Assembly (NCBI RefSeq): GCF_009914755.1
Contig: NC_060926.1
Origin: the human T2T-CHM13v2.0 reference genome, Homo sapiens
Strand: one strand, 5' to 3'
DNA: 64,000 nucleotides
The translations under genes and the position numbers were made by a program. Of this stretch, positions 40,161 through 55,892 are shown one piece after another (positions within the stretch are counted from its first letter, which is position 1; each line of letters starts with the position of its first letter). The notes beneath the pieces are model-generated. The model was not told the DNA's origin. It did no database searches and was given only the letters and a program-made list of their open reading frames with translations.

Positions 40161-42675
40161 TCCCTTCTCCTCTATTTTTTAGGATAGTTTTAGGAGGATT
40201 GGTATTCGTTTTTCATGAAATGTTTGGTAGAATTCAGCATTGGAGCCATTGGGTCCTGGGCTTTTCTTTACTGTGACACTTTTTATTATGACTTCAATCT
40301 TGTCACCTGTTATTGGTCTGTTTGGGTTTTGGATTTTTTCATGGTTCAATCTTGGTATGTGGTATGCATCTAGAAATTTGTCCATTTCTTCTAGATTTTC
40401 CAATTTATTGGCATATAGTTGCTCATATAGCTACTAATGATTTTTCGAGTTTCTGCAGTATCAGCTGTAATGTGTCCTTTTTCATCTCTGTTTTGATTAT
40501 TTGGATCTCCTCTCTTTTTTTCTTAGTTGGCTAAAGGTTTATCCATTTTGTTTATCTTTTCAAGAAACCAACTTTTCCTTCCATTAATCATTTGTGTTAT
40601 TTTCTTCATTTCAATTTCACTTATTTCTGCCCTTATCTTTATTTTTTCTTTTCTTCTACCAATTTTGAGCTTGCTTTGCTCTTGCTTTTCTAGTTATTTA
40701 AGATGCATTGTTAGGTCGTCTACCTGAAGCTTTTTTTCTTTTTGATGTAATCACTTACAGCTATAAATTTCCCTCTTAGTAATGCTTTTGCTGTACCACA
40801 AAGGTTTTGGTATGTTGTGTTGCCATTATAACTTGTCTCAAGAAATGCTTTATTTTCTTCCTAATTTCTTCATTCACACGCTCATCACTCAGGAGCATAT
40901 TATTTAATTTCCATATATTTGCATAGTTTCCAAAATTCCTCTTGTTATTAGCTTTTAGTTGTATTCCATTGTGATCAGAGAAGATGCTGGATAGTATTTC
41001 AATTTTTTTTGCATGTTTTAAGGCTTGTTTTATGATCTAACATATGGTTTACCCTTGAGAATGATCCAAGTGCTGAGAAAAAGAATGTGTATTCTGCAGC
41101 CATTGGATGAAATGTTCTGAAAGTGTCTATTTGGTCCATTTGGTTTATAGTGCAGATTAAGTCTGGTGTAATTTATTTATTTTTCTGTCTGGAAGATCTG
41201 TCCAATGTTGAAAGTGGAGAGTTGAAGTCTCCAGCTATTATTATATTGGAGTCTATCTCTCTCTTTAGCTCTAATAATATTTGCTTTATATATCTGGGTG
41301 CTCCAGTGTTGGGCACATATATATTTACAATTGTTATATTCTCTTGCTGAATTAACTCCTTTATCATTATTTAGTGACCTTTGTCTCTTCTTACAGTTTT
41401 TCTCTTAAAATCTATTTTGTCTGATATAAGTATAGCTACTCCTGCTCTTTTTTGGTTTCCGTTAGCATGGACTATCATTTTCCATCCCTTTACATTCAGT
41501 CTATGTGTGTCTTTATGGGTGAAGTGTGTTTCTTGTAGGCAAGGGATCACTGGTTCTTGTTTTTCACCCATTCAGCCACTCTATGTCTTTTGATTGGAGA
41601 GTTTAGTTCATTTACATTCATTGTTATTACTGATAAGAACTTACTCCTACCATTTTGTTATTTGTTTTCCAGTTGTTTAGCGGTTTTCTCTTCCTTCTTT
41701 CTTCCCTTCCTGTCTTCCCTTTAGTGAAGGTAATTTTCTCTAATGATATGATCTAGTTTCTTGCTTTTTATATTTTGTGTATTCATTGTATGGTTTTTGG
41801 TTGGAGGTTACCATGAAGTTTGCAAATACTATCTTATAATTTATTATTTTAAGCTGATAACAACTCTGCATAAACAAACAAGCAAAAAGAAAACTAATAA
41901 AATTTCTATGCCTTAACTTCACCCTTCCTCCCATGCTTTTCAACTTTTTGTTGTTTCCATTTGTATCTTACTGTACTCTCTATGTCTAAGTTGTCATAGT
42001 TACAATTTTTTATTGATTTATCATTTAATGTTTTAACTTAAGAGTAGTTTACACACCATAGTTACATTATTATAATATTCTGTGTTTTTCTGTGTACTTA
42101 CTATTACCAGCAAGTTTGTACCTTGAGGTGATTACATACTGCTTGTTCACATTTTTTTTTTCTTTCTGATTTAAGTCCTTCCATTAGCATTTCTTGTAGG
42201 ACAGGTCTGGTGTTAATGAAATCCCTCAGCTTTTGTTCGCTTGGTAAAGTTTTTAATTTCTCCTTCATGTTTGAAGGATGTTTTCACCAGATATACTATT
42301 CTAAAGTAAAACTTTGTTTTTCCTTCAGCATTTTAAATATATCACTCCTCTCTCTCCTGCCTGTAAAGTTTCCACTGAAAAGTCTGCTTCCAGACATATT
42401 GGAGCTCCATTGCATCTTATTTGTTTCTTCTCTTTTGCTGCTTTTAGGATCCTTTCTTTATTCTTGATCTTTGGGAGTTTGATTTTTAAATGTCTTGAGG
42501 TAGTCTTCTTTGGGTTAAATCTGCTTGGTGTTCTATAATCTTCTTGTACTTGGATATTGAGATCTTTCTCTAGGTTTGGGAACTTCTCTTATTATACCTT
42601 TGAATAAACTTTCTACTCCTATCTCTTCCTCTACACCCTCTTTAAGGCCATTAATTCTTAGATTTGCCCTTTTGA

Positions 42676-43052
<377 letters not shown>

Positions 43053-43475
43053 TATGCATTTTCAAATAGCCTGTCTTGATGTATACAGCAACCTGGATGA
43101 ATTTCCAGAGAATTATGCTGAGTGAAAAAAAAGCCAATCCCCAAAGGTTATATACTGTATGATTCCATTTATATAACATTCATAAAGTGATGAAATTATA
43201 GACATGGAGTACAAGCTAGTGGTTTCCAGAGTGGGTGAGAGTGAAAGGAAAGTGACTGCCTATAAAAGGACAACTTCAGGTGATGGAAACCTTTTTTTAT
43301 TTTGTCTGTATAAATGTCAATATCCTGGTTTTGATATTGTACTATATTTTTGCAAGATGTAACCACTGGGTAAAACTGGGTAAAGGATACAAGACCCTCT
43401 CTGTATTATCATTTTTTTTTTACAACTGCATGTGAATTTATAATTATCTCAAAATAAAAAGTTTAATTAAAAAAA

Positions 43476-43595
43476 ACTTGGTTCTTGGGCCCCATCTGAA
43501 ACCTGACCAATCAGGAACTCCAGAAATGGGGCTCAAGAATCTATATCTCTAACAACTTCCTTAGCTCTGCATACTACCATTTGAGAATGAATGAT
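43476..43595. mobile_element. MER5-like hAT fragment (other end at ~24526-24570)
   Basis: TGGGCCCCA...AATCAGGAACTCC..GGGGCTCAAGAATCT..TTTGAGAA resembles the MER5 consensus. Confidence 0.55.
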
Positions 43596-45335
43596 GTAAC
43601 CCAACTTCTTACTGATGCATGAATTCCTTCCAAAAACCTCCCTTACAGGTGCCCCGGATAGCTCCTTGAATATTTTTAGGAAAAGGAACACTCTTCTGGT
43701 TAAGACAGCCCGTCTGCCTATAGGAGAGTATCATAGAACATTCTTTGGTTTTTGAGCCAAAATCTGCCTCTCTGTATGATCTAGGGCTTCCCTGTGGGCC
43801 AATCTGTCAGGCATGTGACAAATCTTTACTCTTATCCCCCTAAGTTTTTCTCATGGTTTCAAACTCCTCACTATCTAGCCACTCTAACTCCAATTTATCT
43901 GAGGCTTAGGGGTGTCCCAGGGATGTGGGACTTTCATGTGCTAAAATGAAAATACTGGCCAAATCTGGACTCGTTGGTCACTTTAAAATTCATCAGTATT
44001 CTTTTTTTGAAGTATTATTTATATACAATAAAATTAATCCTTTTAAAGTGTATGTCATTCAATGAGTTGGGAAATGTATAGTTGTGTAATTATTACCACC
44101 ACAATCAAGGTATTTACATCATCCCAAAATACGGTGCCCCTAGTCAGTCAATTCCATCCTCTGACAACCTGCAACCCCTGATATGATTTGGGTACCTATA
44201 GTTTTGTCTTTTTCAGAATGTCATATAAATGGAAACCAAAAAATGTATAGACTTTTGTGTCTGGCTTTTTTCATTAGTATAATTCTTTTGAGATTCATCC
44301 ATTTTGTTGCACGAATAAGTAGTTAATCTCTTTTTACTGCTGAATTTTGGCAACATTCTTAAATGCCCATAACTGAATCCAAGACCTTAGAAATGGTCCA
44401 CTCTGGTGAACACAGCAGAAAGAATGACTACCTTCTTCCTTAAGTGGAACACTGCCAATTCCAATCAAAGATCAACTTAGTGTTCTCAGCAGTTAGATTG
44501 CAAAATTACCTCGTTTAGGCTCCAGTTAACTAAAAATCCCATATCATTTTCACATGGATTGCTGTTTACCAATTGCTAGGACTCATATGATGTTTTGGGC
44601 CCAAGTACAATACTTAACACAACTTTTTTTTCTTTGATAGCATTTAAAAATTGAGATATATACTTCATATAACATATTCACCATTTTGTATGTACACTTT
44701 AGTATATTGACTATGGTGAGCAACTATCATCACTACCTACTTCTAGAACATTCCCATCACCCCAGAAAGAAACCCCATACCTATTAGCAGCTAGTCCCTA
44801 TTCTCCCCTTCCCCATCCCTTGGTGGATGGGGAAAGTAGATCCCTAAACTACTTTCTGTGTCTATTTGTCTATTCTGGACATTTCATTTCATGGACATTT
44901 CATTTAAATGGAATCATACAACATGTGGTCTTTTGTGTCTGGTTTCTTTCACTTAGCATGTTTCCAAGGTTCACTTATGTGGTAACATGTAACAACTGGA
45001 CTTCTTTTATGACTGAATAATATTTCATTGTATGTATTTGCCACATTTTGTTTATCCATTCATTAGTTGATAGTCACTTAGATTTTTTCCCACCTGTTGG
45101 TTATTGTGAATAGTGATGCTATAAACACATTTGTGTACAAGATTTTGTGGGAATATGTTTTCAAACACCTTGGGTATATACAGCTATGGTAAAATTATTA
45201 GGTCATAAGATAACTCTGCTTAATTTTCTAAGGAACTGAATAACTGTTTTCCATAGAAATACCTAATATTTGTCCTTCTTAAATTTCATCATTCATCAAA
45301 TATCATTCCCCTGCTCAGCCAGCCTATTAACTTGT
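43596..45335 (-). mobile_element. L3/CR1 remnants interrupted by MER81-like (~43873-43985) and L1M fragments (~44005-44345, ~44626-45258)
   Basis: Degenerate CR1 motifs (AACTAAAAATCCC..TTTTCACATGGATTGCTG; AAATTTCATC) and L1M 3'UTR motifs. Confidence 0.5.
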
Positions 45336-45799
45336 TTTGCTTTTTTAATGGAAAAAGTTAATTTGGTACTCTGACTCCTTTTCCCAGAAAGGGGGGCTTG
45401 TGGGGAGGGGTCTGGAGTAGAGCAGAAATGATCAATGGCTACAGGACTTGGAGCAAAAGGGAAACAGATATAGGATCCAAGGGAAAGGTTTGTTCAGAAA
45501 CCAAAGAGACAGACCAGATAAAGCAATAGATACAGTATTTGGCCAGAGAGGCTTAAACCAAGTCTGACAGACAACCTCTGGGGTCAGGAATGAGAAGCAA
45601 AGGCAATAAGAGGAGAAGACCAGTTGATGTGTTACAGAGAGATCCCCTGAGACAGTGGTGTGTACAGCCAAGAATCCAGCAGAGGCTGTGCCTTCTTCTC
45701 TGGGTCTGGAATGAGATAATGGAATAACCACCTTGGATGTTACGTCCAAGACCTTTGCTCAAGATGGAATGACATGAAGTTTCCCAAGATTTGTTCAGT

Positions 45800-45994
45800 A
45801 CAGTAGTTTTCAAACTTTAGCTTGAGTCAGTCACCTGGAGGACTTATTAAAACACAGATTGCTGGACCCCACTCCCTGAGTTTATGACTCAAACTCAGGA
45901 CACTGTTGGGGCCTGAGAATTGGTATTTCTAGCAAGTTCCCCAATGATGCTTATGCTGCTGGTCCAGGGACCACACATACTTTGAGAACTTCTG
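45800..45994. mobile_element. MER5A DNA transposon
   Basis: CAGTAGTTTTCAAACT...TTTGAGAACTTCTG terminal repeats; AAAACACAGATTGCTGG core. Confidence 0.8.
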
Positions 45995-46277
45995 CTTTAG
46001 TGAATGACTTTATCCCACTGAAAAACATTTTGAAGGGAGGTGGTCCCCACTATCATTCCTTCAGGACTTGCCCCGCCCAGTGACTTTAGTACTGGAGTTT
46101 CCCATGGCTTCTTTACTTGTCTTATATGATCCATATGTTCACCCTACTTAAGTTTCTTTTAGGGAGATAACTGGGATAAAGAAGAAAAAATATGTTCTTA
46201 GTATGACTCAGGAAGCTGTGAGTAAAAATTGGAGGAAGATAAGTGAAGTGAAAAGGATCCTGAATTGATGCTCTTAC

Positions 46278-46457
46278 TTCTTATAGTGATCCTTGGGCAA
46301 TCTGAAGTTTCCTGGAGGTCCTTCTTGGTAACCATAGGTAGTTTTCTTAGCAACTGACCAGCTGGCATGGACTTCATGGTGTTGGAAGGTGAGAGAATAG
46401 AACAGGAGCCATCATTCACATGCAATGAGAGGTGCAATGCATTGGGGTTGGCAAAGT
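46278..46457 (-). other. Candidate 180-nt cassette exon of an antisense transcript (possibly 5'-extended WDPCP)
   Basis: TACTAAC branch point (46499-46493), CTTTCCACCACAG acceptor, GAA/GTAAGA donor, open in phase 1/1. Confidence 0.55.
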
Positions 46458-47021
46458 CTGTGGTGGAAAGACATGATTACAATTGTAGTATTGTTAGTAG
46501 GAGGTAAAACAACATAAGTACTTTTAAAATACTTTGCCAGATGCCTTGCCAAGAAGGCTGAAAGATGGAGTGTGGGGAACTGGCAGTAGCCCAGTGGACT
46601 TGGATGTACAGGGCTTTGGAAATTTGTCTCCCTCGAATACAAAGAGACAAACTTGAGACCATTATCAATAAAGACATTTATAAATAAAGACAACACCCTT
46701 GGAGATGATAGAACAACAATATGGTTCCTAGGTTGCTTTCCGACCGTGTAGAGCAGAGCCACCCTGTCAGCCTGGACTGCTCATCCTCTGGAATGTTTAG
46801 AGAGGAAAATTCTATTTTTTTAAAAGCCACTATACTTTTGAATTTCTTAATTATAGCAGTTTAGTCTGTCCTTTAACAAGTATGGGTATATTATAAAGAC
46901 ATACCAAAAATATGTGGGGATAGAAGACATGAAATTATAAAAATAAAGGTAGTGTACAGTTAAGTGCTAAGTCAGAGGAAGGGGAAGTCACTCTGGTCTA
47001 GAGATGTCAGAAAAGGCTTCC

Positions 47022-47455
47022 GTTTCAATTAGGGTTTTCCAGAGAAACAAAATCTATTTTATATGTGTGTACAACACACACACACACACACACACACACA
47101 GAGACTTATTTTAAGAAATAAGAAATTGGCTCATACAATGTGCAATGTGGGGGCTGGCAAGTCTGAAATCCATTGGGTAGGCAGGCAGGCAGGCTGGAAA
47201 CTCTGGAGGAGTTAATGTTGCAGGTTTGAGATGGAATTTCTTCTTGGGTAAACCTCAGTTTTTGCTCTTAAGGCCTTCAACTGATTTGATGAGGTCTACC
47301 GGCCTTACTGAGGGTAATCATTACTTAAAGTCAGCTGATCGTAGATGTTCACCACATCTACAAAATACCTTCACAGCAACATCTACATTAATGTTTGATC
47401 TAATAACTCAGTACTATAACCTAACTCAGTTGACATGTAAAACTACCCATCACAA
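47022..47455 (-). mobile_element. MLT2 (ERVL) LTR with (CA)n
   Basis: TTAGGGTTTTCCAGAGAAACA...(CA)n...GTTGACATGTAAAACTACCCATCACA. Confidence 0.8.
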
Positions 47456-48524
47456 CTTCTCATAAAAAGTGGTATCTGAGCTTAACCTTGAAGAATGAAT
47501 ACAATTTCAATAAGCACATGACTTATATCAGGATGATTTTTGCATGCTTCTTATCTGGCCGTGTGTTCCTGGAGCTATAATAACTTTCCTCAAGGATATA
47601 AACAGCCTAATTTAAGCCGTGGCTCCATATGGAGAAAAAGATTAATTTAAACCCACAGTCTGGTTTAATCAGTGAGTTAAATGCTGCAATTCTGAAGGGC
47701 CATTTGTTCAGATAATGCAATATTGAAAGATGCAAGTGGCCCTGATGGTTCCACACATGGACACTGGCATGATGCATTTGCAGAAGGCTTCTGTGAAGCT
47801 CTAGCAAGAACAGAACATTAGCCCAGTATAAGCTCCCTGGCCACCCACACAGACACAGACACAGACACAATGTCCAGTTAACTTTGGAGGCTTGTGTATG
47901 GCTTCCAGCAACTTGGTTGGCACAACCTCTGGGTGAAGGTGGGTCACAACACTTATGCAATTCACAAACTTTTGTAAAATTCAAGTACTTGAACTTATTA
48001 CTGAGAAACAGGAAAGCCCTCAGCTGAAGCAGATCTCAACGCAAGCAAAGGTGTGTTTTTATTTGAGAAGAGAAGGAAAGAATTCACTTGCTTGAAATCA
48101 GGACTGTCACTGGGTCTACAAGTAGGCAACTGTGTGGAAGGATCCCACCAGATGGCTTCCTCGCCTGCCACAAAGTCTCTACCATCTGCTGCAATTTATC
48201 AGCACTGGAGCTTCATTTTCTTCTGCTAAGGCTTGATCACTTCTAAAATGTTTTAGGCTTTCTGAGGAAAGATTTGATAGAAATGCAGGAACCTGAGGAT
48301 AAAAGGATTCAGAAATGAAATGCAGTTGGCTCTGAAGATAAAATGTGCCAAATTTACTACAAGTTAAACTGCTCTTAGTACCTGGTTGGAAAACTCAGGT
48401 ACTAAGTCCAACTCAGTGTGGGCCATTGATCTTTATCCTATTTGTTCTCAGCAAAAATGTAGAGCATATGGATGGATGCAATCCCAGATAAGGGAGTTTA
48501 AAGTAAGACTGTGGCCCTTAAGGG

Positions 48525-49935
<1,411 letters not shown>

Positions 49936-50241
49936 ACATTATGGTACAAGCAGTGGCAGAATAGAGGTTCTTGGGGCTAAAATAGTTAAAATTATTTCTG
50001 TCCACTTAAAAAATGACCGTAGGTCTAGATGGGCAAGGCATTTGTCACTAATTGGAAGATGAAAATGTGGACAATCAGGCTGAGATGTCCACTGATCAGA
50101 GGATGGATTTTTCTCATGTTGCTGAATATTTGGATGCCTTCTTCCTTCCTCACTCTCTTGTCTTCTCCTTTCAGAGGAAAAGCTTGATGTGAAAGGACAA
50201 ACTTTCCACAATAAGGAACATGTTCTTTAGCCACATATGCA

Positions 50242-50554
50242 CAGTTGTCCCTCAGTGTCTGTGGGAGATTGGTTCCAGGACCCCCCAGGGATAGCAGAAT
50301 CCATGGATAGTTGAGGCCCTTATATAAAATGGTGTAATACTTACATATAACTTATGCACCGTCCCCTACATACTTTAAATCATCTCTGGATTACCGATAA
50401 TACCTAGTACAAGGTAAATGCCATGCAAATAATTGTTATACTGTATTGGTCTTAAATTTTGTATATTTTTATTTTTTTTTTAATTTTCAAATATTTTGAA
50501 TCTATGGTTGGTTGAATCTGTGAATGTGGAACCACAGATATGGGGGACTGACTG
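50242..50554. mobile_element. MER2 (Tigger-derived DNA element)
   Basis: CAGTTGTCCCTCAGTGTCTGTGGG...GACTGACTG termini followed by TA. Confidence 0.82.
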
Positions 50555-52289
50555 TACTGGGATTAAGCTTTGCCTTTGCTCTCAGCTCCTCATGCCTGAG
50601 CCCACTCATCTCCCACAGAATATTCAGCCCCATTCTAGTAACCAGACCAAGCCAGAGATGAGAGACTAGAGAATCACTCATAGACTTTCACCATCTCAGC
50701 TCAGAAATGGCTCATGTCATTTGTACTCATGCTTCATTGGCCAAAACCATGCATGTGGGTCTGCCCAATTGCAAAGGGGCCAGGAAATGTTAAAAAGCAA
50801 ATGGGAGACACAAAGAAAGTGTGGCTCATAACCCAGAGAAAGTGTGACTCATAACTCACATTTTCACACATTTTGGCTTTTCACCAAATGAGAACTTGGT
50901 GAGCATTGCTCTCTCTTCGTATTACCCCCTTCCCTTTCTCCAGCCATCTGGTTTACTTTTCCAGTGGAAAGCCTATTACCAGTGTCTTCTGCCACAGAAA
51001 TTCTAGTATTACAAACACATATATACATGCTACATATGTGTATATATATACACACGTATATATATATATATTTAAATAACACCTTGCTATACACTCTTCT
51101 ATAATTTTTTTTGCTTAATCTTATGTCTTAGAGATCTTTCCATCTCAGTACATGATAATTTTCTTATTTTTCATTTTTAAGAGGGGTTAATTTTTATATT
51201 TTAATACATTCACATGATTCAAAAGAGAAACTACTTCTGTCCTCTGTCTGTTCACACACCTCACTCTTAGGTGATCACTATTATTAGCTTTTGTGCATCC
51301 TTCCAGAGGTTCTTGATGCACATAGAAGCAAAATCTATATATGTCCTTGTTTACTACCTTTTTACACAAAAGGTGTAATACTATATATGCTGTTCTAAAC
51401 CTTTTTTAAAGTTTAACAATATATCTTGAAGATATTTCCCCATTAATACATGAAGAACTTTCTCATTCTTTCCTTACAGTTGTACAGTATTCCATTGTAT
51501 GTATGCATCATATCATTTATTTCCCCAGTTCCTTATGAACTGCAATGTGTAACCTTGTATATACATCAAATCACATGGTGCAAATGACTCTGTAGGATGT
51601 ATTCTCAGAAATAGGATTTCCTACCCTTTAATATAAATTAATCTGATGAAGGACGGGGGATTATTGTGCTGGTTCTGCTGAAAAGAACCTCTTTGCAAGC
51701 CCTGTGGGGAATTGGCTGACATCACAGCTCCTATTTCTCTGAACTTAGAATGCAGGTACTTGGTGCCTTTTGTTCTCAACTGTGAGTTCCAGTTGCCAGT
51801 TCTGGGAAAACAGGAAGATCCCAAGTAGCACTTTTGACCATTGGGTATCAGTATCTTAAGATCTTGCTGCAACAACCTGTCTACTTCCCCAATTCCAGTG
51901 AAGAGTGAGGCCATACCCTGATTGCCTCCCTGCCTCAGACCTAGAGCCCTACAGTGGGTCAGGCTTGGTTGGCCCCAGATGCAGACTGGGTTGGTGGCTT
52001 GGAAGTCACAGAAATTCACGATTCTTGAGATTCATGGAGAATGGCTGGCATTAGCATTGGGAAGTGCCAAGGCCAAATACCTGGGCTACAGGCGGGCTGA
52101 GAGGGCCATGGAACCTGACTGGAAGCCAGAAATGGGCCAAAGCCAAGGAGACACACAAACATTGGGATATATTTCAAGAGCTAAGAGCAGCTAGTCAGAA
52201 ATTACTCAGGAGCCATGTATAGAATGGAGACTGAGAAGACAAAGTCAAGATTAAAAGCCGACTTGAGCAACTAAAACAGCATCAAAAAC

Positions 52290-53310
<1,021 letters not shown>

Positions 53311-54514
53311 ATTTCCCACTTACTGTCATTAATTTGTTCCTGAAAACATTCAGTGCAAAAACACTGAGTCTATTTCCCATTGTTTGTAAATAGAAAAAAG
53401 TTATAAAAGTATTGTGAAGGTAGCTACTCTCAGAACCCACAGGCCCATCCTTACAGTAGAGTCCCTCAGTCTGGTTCCCTGTCCAGCTGGCCTCTGCTTG
53501 GCAGGGACCTGTCCACCCCTCACCACCTACAACACCCAGGCATCTCTAGGTTTGTGGAGCACAAACCTTGCTTTATATCTGCTTAATTTAAAAGGTTCCA
53601 TCAAAGTTGCCTTCCTAACTGGTTTTCCCCCAAGACAAATTCTAGTTTCCTTCTAGAAGATAAAGGACAATCTATAATTTTTTTAATGGCATTTTTTTTA
53701 GCTTCAAAAAACTGAAGGTTCACCCTTTATGAACATCCCATTGTTCTCTATGGGTCTGAGTAGTGTTCTACAACTCCATTGCCCTAATCTTGCTTCACAT
53801 TATACCTTTGATTCTGATTCTTGGTTTTAAGAAAAGTTCCAATGTGTGTTTTATATGGCTTGAATAGAGTTGCTTCATATATACCCTGAAACAGTGCAAG
53901 GAGAGTACACAAGGTCCAGATAATCTCTGCCCTGGATAATCTCTGTCTAATGTCAAAATGCATCCCTGGAAAAAGACAGAGTAAAATAGCTTCAGAAAGT
54001 CCTTATGGGGATGTGTCAGCTGTTTGTCAGCCAGGTACTTTTCCTCTCCATTTCTGTGATGGGGTAATCAGACCTATGTACCAACTATGCAGAAAGATCA
54101 GTAGTTAGTAAAAATAGCTGTATAGGACAAACAGCAGAGAATACCAAAGAAGAAACCACTCAAAAAAGCACTGAGTGTGGTATTTCAATCAAACAGGACC
54201 CCAAAATTTATGTTTATTCTTATTTATCAGAAAATCAAAACATTATGAAAAATTTAGGAAAACATGTAACTTAGCAATTCCCAAGGTCAGGAGCTACCCT
54301 GGCCTTTAATGCTCAAATAACAATAGTTTGCACCCCCAACCTGTGTAATGGCAGGAAGTCCTGTGATTTATTGGGTTGCTGGATCCAAGTGTTTCTGGGA
54401 ATCCCTGAGAAATGCTGACATGTTCCACAAGTATGAGCCACTTTTTGTTGATCATCTCAGCTGGCCGACAGGCTCTGGTCCACTGCTTTTGTTTCCTCAG
54501 TTCTCCTCTCACTA

Positions 54515-54796
54515 ACTTGACCTTGAATCCTAACTTAGAAATTGATCTAGGACTTTCGTCGTCTTGATTTAAAACAAAAACAAAACAAAAAAGTAAACAA
54601 ATCAACTCCAAAATATCTGAGCTATAGTTGTCATCATATTGCTGGAGATAAAAGGCTATATTCACCTTTGGAAACCAGAACTCTTGTTTTGTAAATAATA
54701 CTTTAGTGGATCTTTGGCTGTGAAAAAGTAAATCTAACAAGAGATGGGGTAAATATAGCATACAGCATATTATTTAAAAGCTAAATTGTGGCCAGA
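54515..54796 (+). repeat. Left arm of long inverted repeat
   Basis: Reverse complement of 55595-55892 (~89% identity over the inner ~210 nt by hand alignment). Confidence 0.92.
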
Positions 54797-54926
54797 AATG
54801 AGCTAAAAGAGTTAAGTGAGCTCTTCTGTCAAAATAAGACTAGGTCTAACCACGTTTAACTGGAAGTTTCAGGATATCAGAAAGAATTTATAATAATGGT
54901 CGAGAGAAAAACATTAAAACTAGATA

Positions 54927-55385
54927 TCGTGAGCTGCACAGTGGTCCCCTAAATGACACATCCTAATCCCTGAAACTTGTGATGTTACCTTATTCGGAAA
55001 AGAGGACTTTATAGATGTGATATTAAGTTAAGCATCTTAAAAGGAGAAGCTTATCCTGGATTATCCAGGTGGGCAATTGCGTGTATCCTTATAAAAGAGA
55101 GGGATATTATATCAAAAAAGCACAGGAGACAGACACACAAACAAGAGGAGGAGGCAATGTGACCAGGAAGGCAGAGGTTAGAGTATTGCAGCTACAAACC
55201 AAAAAAGGCCTATACCCACTAGAAGCTGGAAGAAGCAAGCTATGGATTCTCCTCTAGAGCCTTGGGAGGGAGGACACCTTGATTTTGGACTTCTGGCCTC
55301 TATATTGTGAGAGAATGCATTTCTGTTGTTTTAAGTCACCTAGTGTGTGGCAATTTGTTAGAGTAGCCCTAGAGGAACTAATACA
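54927..55385 (+). mobile_element. MLT1 (MaLR) solo LTR inside the inverted-repeat spacer
   Basis: CCTAATCCCTGAAACTTGTGATGTTACCTTA...AGAAGCTGGAAGAAGCAAG...AACTAATACA. Confidence 0.82.
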
Positions 55386-55594
55386 GTAGATACAACTATA
55401 TATGAGCCCGTGAGCTTCCACAGAGTATCCTCTAATGGCCACCTCCATCCTTAGCCCCTGGTCTGTGGCAAGGTTGTAGGACCAGCTTGCTCTCTCATGG
55501 TCTAGGATCCCAACTTCTCTTTTACTCTGAAGAACACAGAAAACTTTTCGTTTTAATAATCCAATCATTTTAATAATCTTTGCAAAGATACAAC

Positions 55595-55892
55595 TCTGGC
55601 CACAATTTGGCTTTTAAATAATATGCTGTATATTATATTTACCCTTATCTCTTTTTAGATTATTTTTTCACAGCCAAAGATCCACTAAAGTATTTTTCAC
55701 AAAACCAAGAGTTCTGATTCCCAAAGGTAAATGTAGCCTTTTATCTTTGGCAATATAATGATAAGCTGTAACTTAGATATTTTGGAGTTGATTTGTTTAC
55801 TTTTTTCTTTTTTTAAAAAAATTCATTATTAATTAATTTACCAGGACTACAAGTCCTAGATCAATTTCTAAGTTGGGACTCAAGGTCAAAGT
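55595..55892 (-). repeat. Right arm of long inverted repeat
   Basis: Reverse complement of 54515-54796. Confidence 0.92.

Noticed and set aside
48374-48406. 11-bp perfect hairpin CTTAGTACCTG/CAGGTACTAAG
   Set aside because: Too short for a pre-miRNA, with no TSD or family features; may be chance or a small template switch.
54306-54761. 151-aa minus-strand ORF overlapping the left inverted-repeat arm
   Set aside because: No recognisable domain, and the mirror arm carries single-base indels that break the frame.
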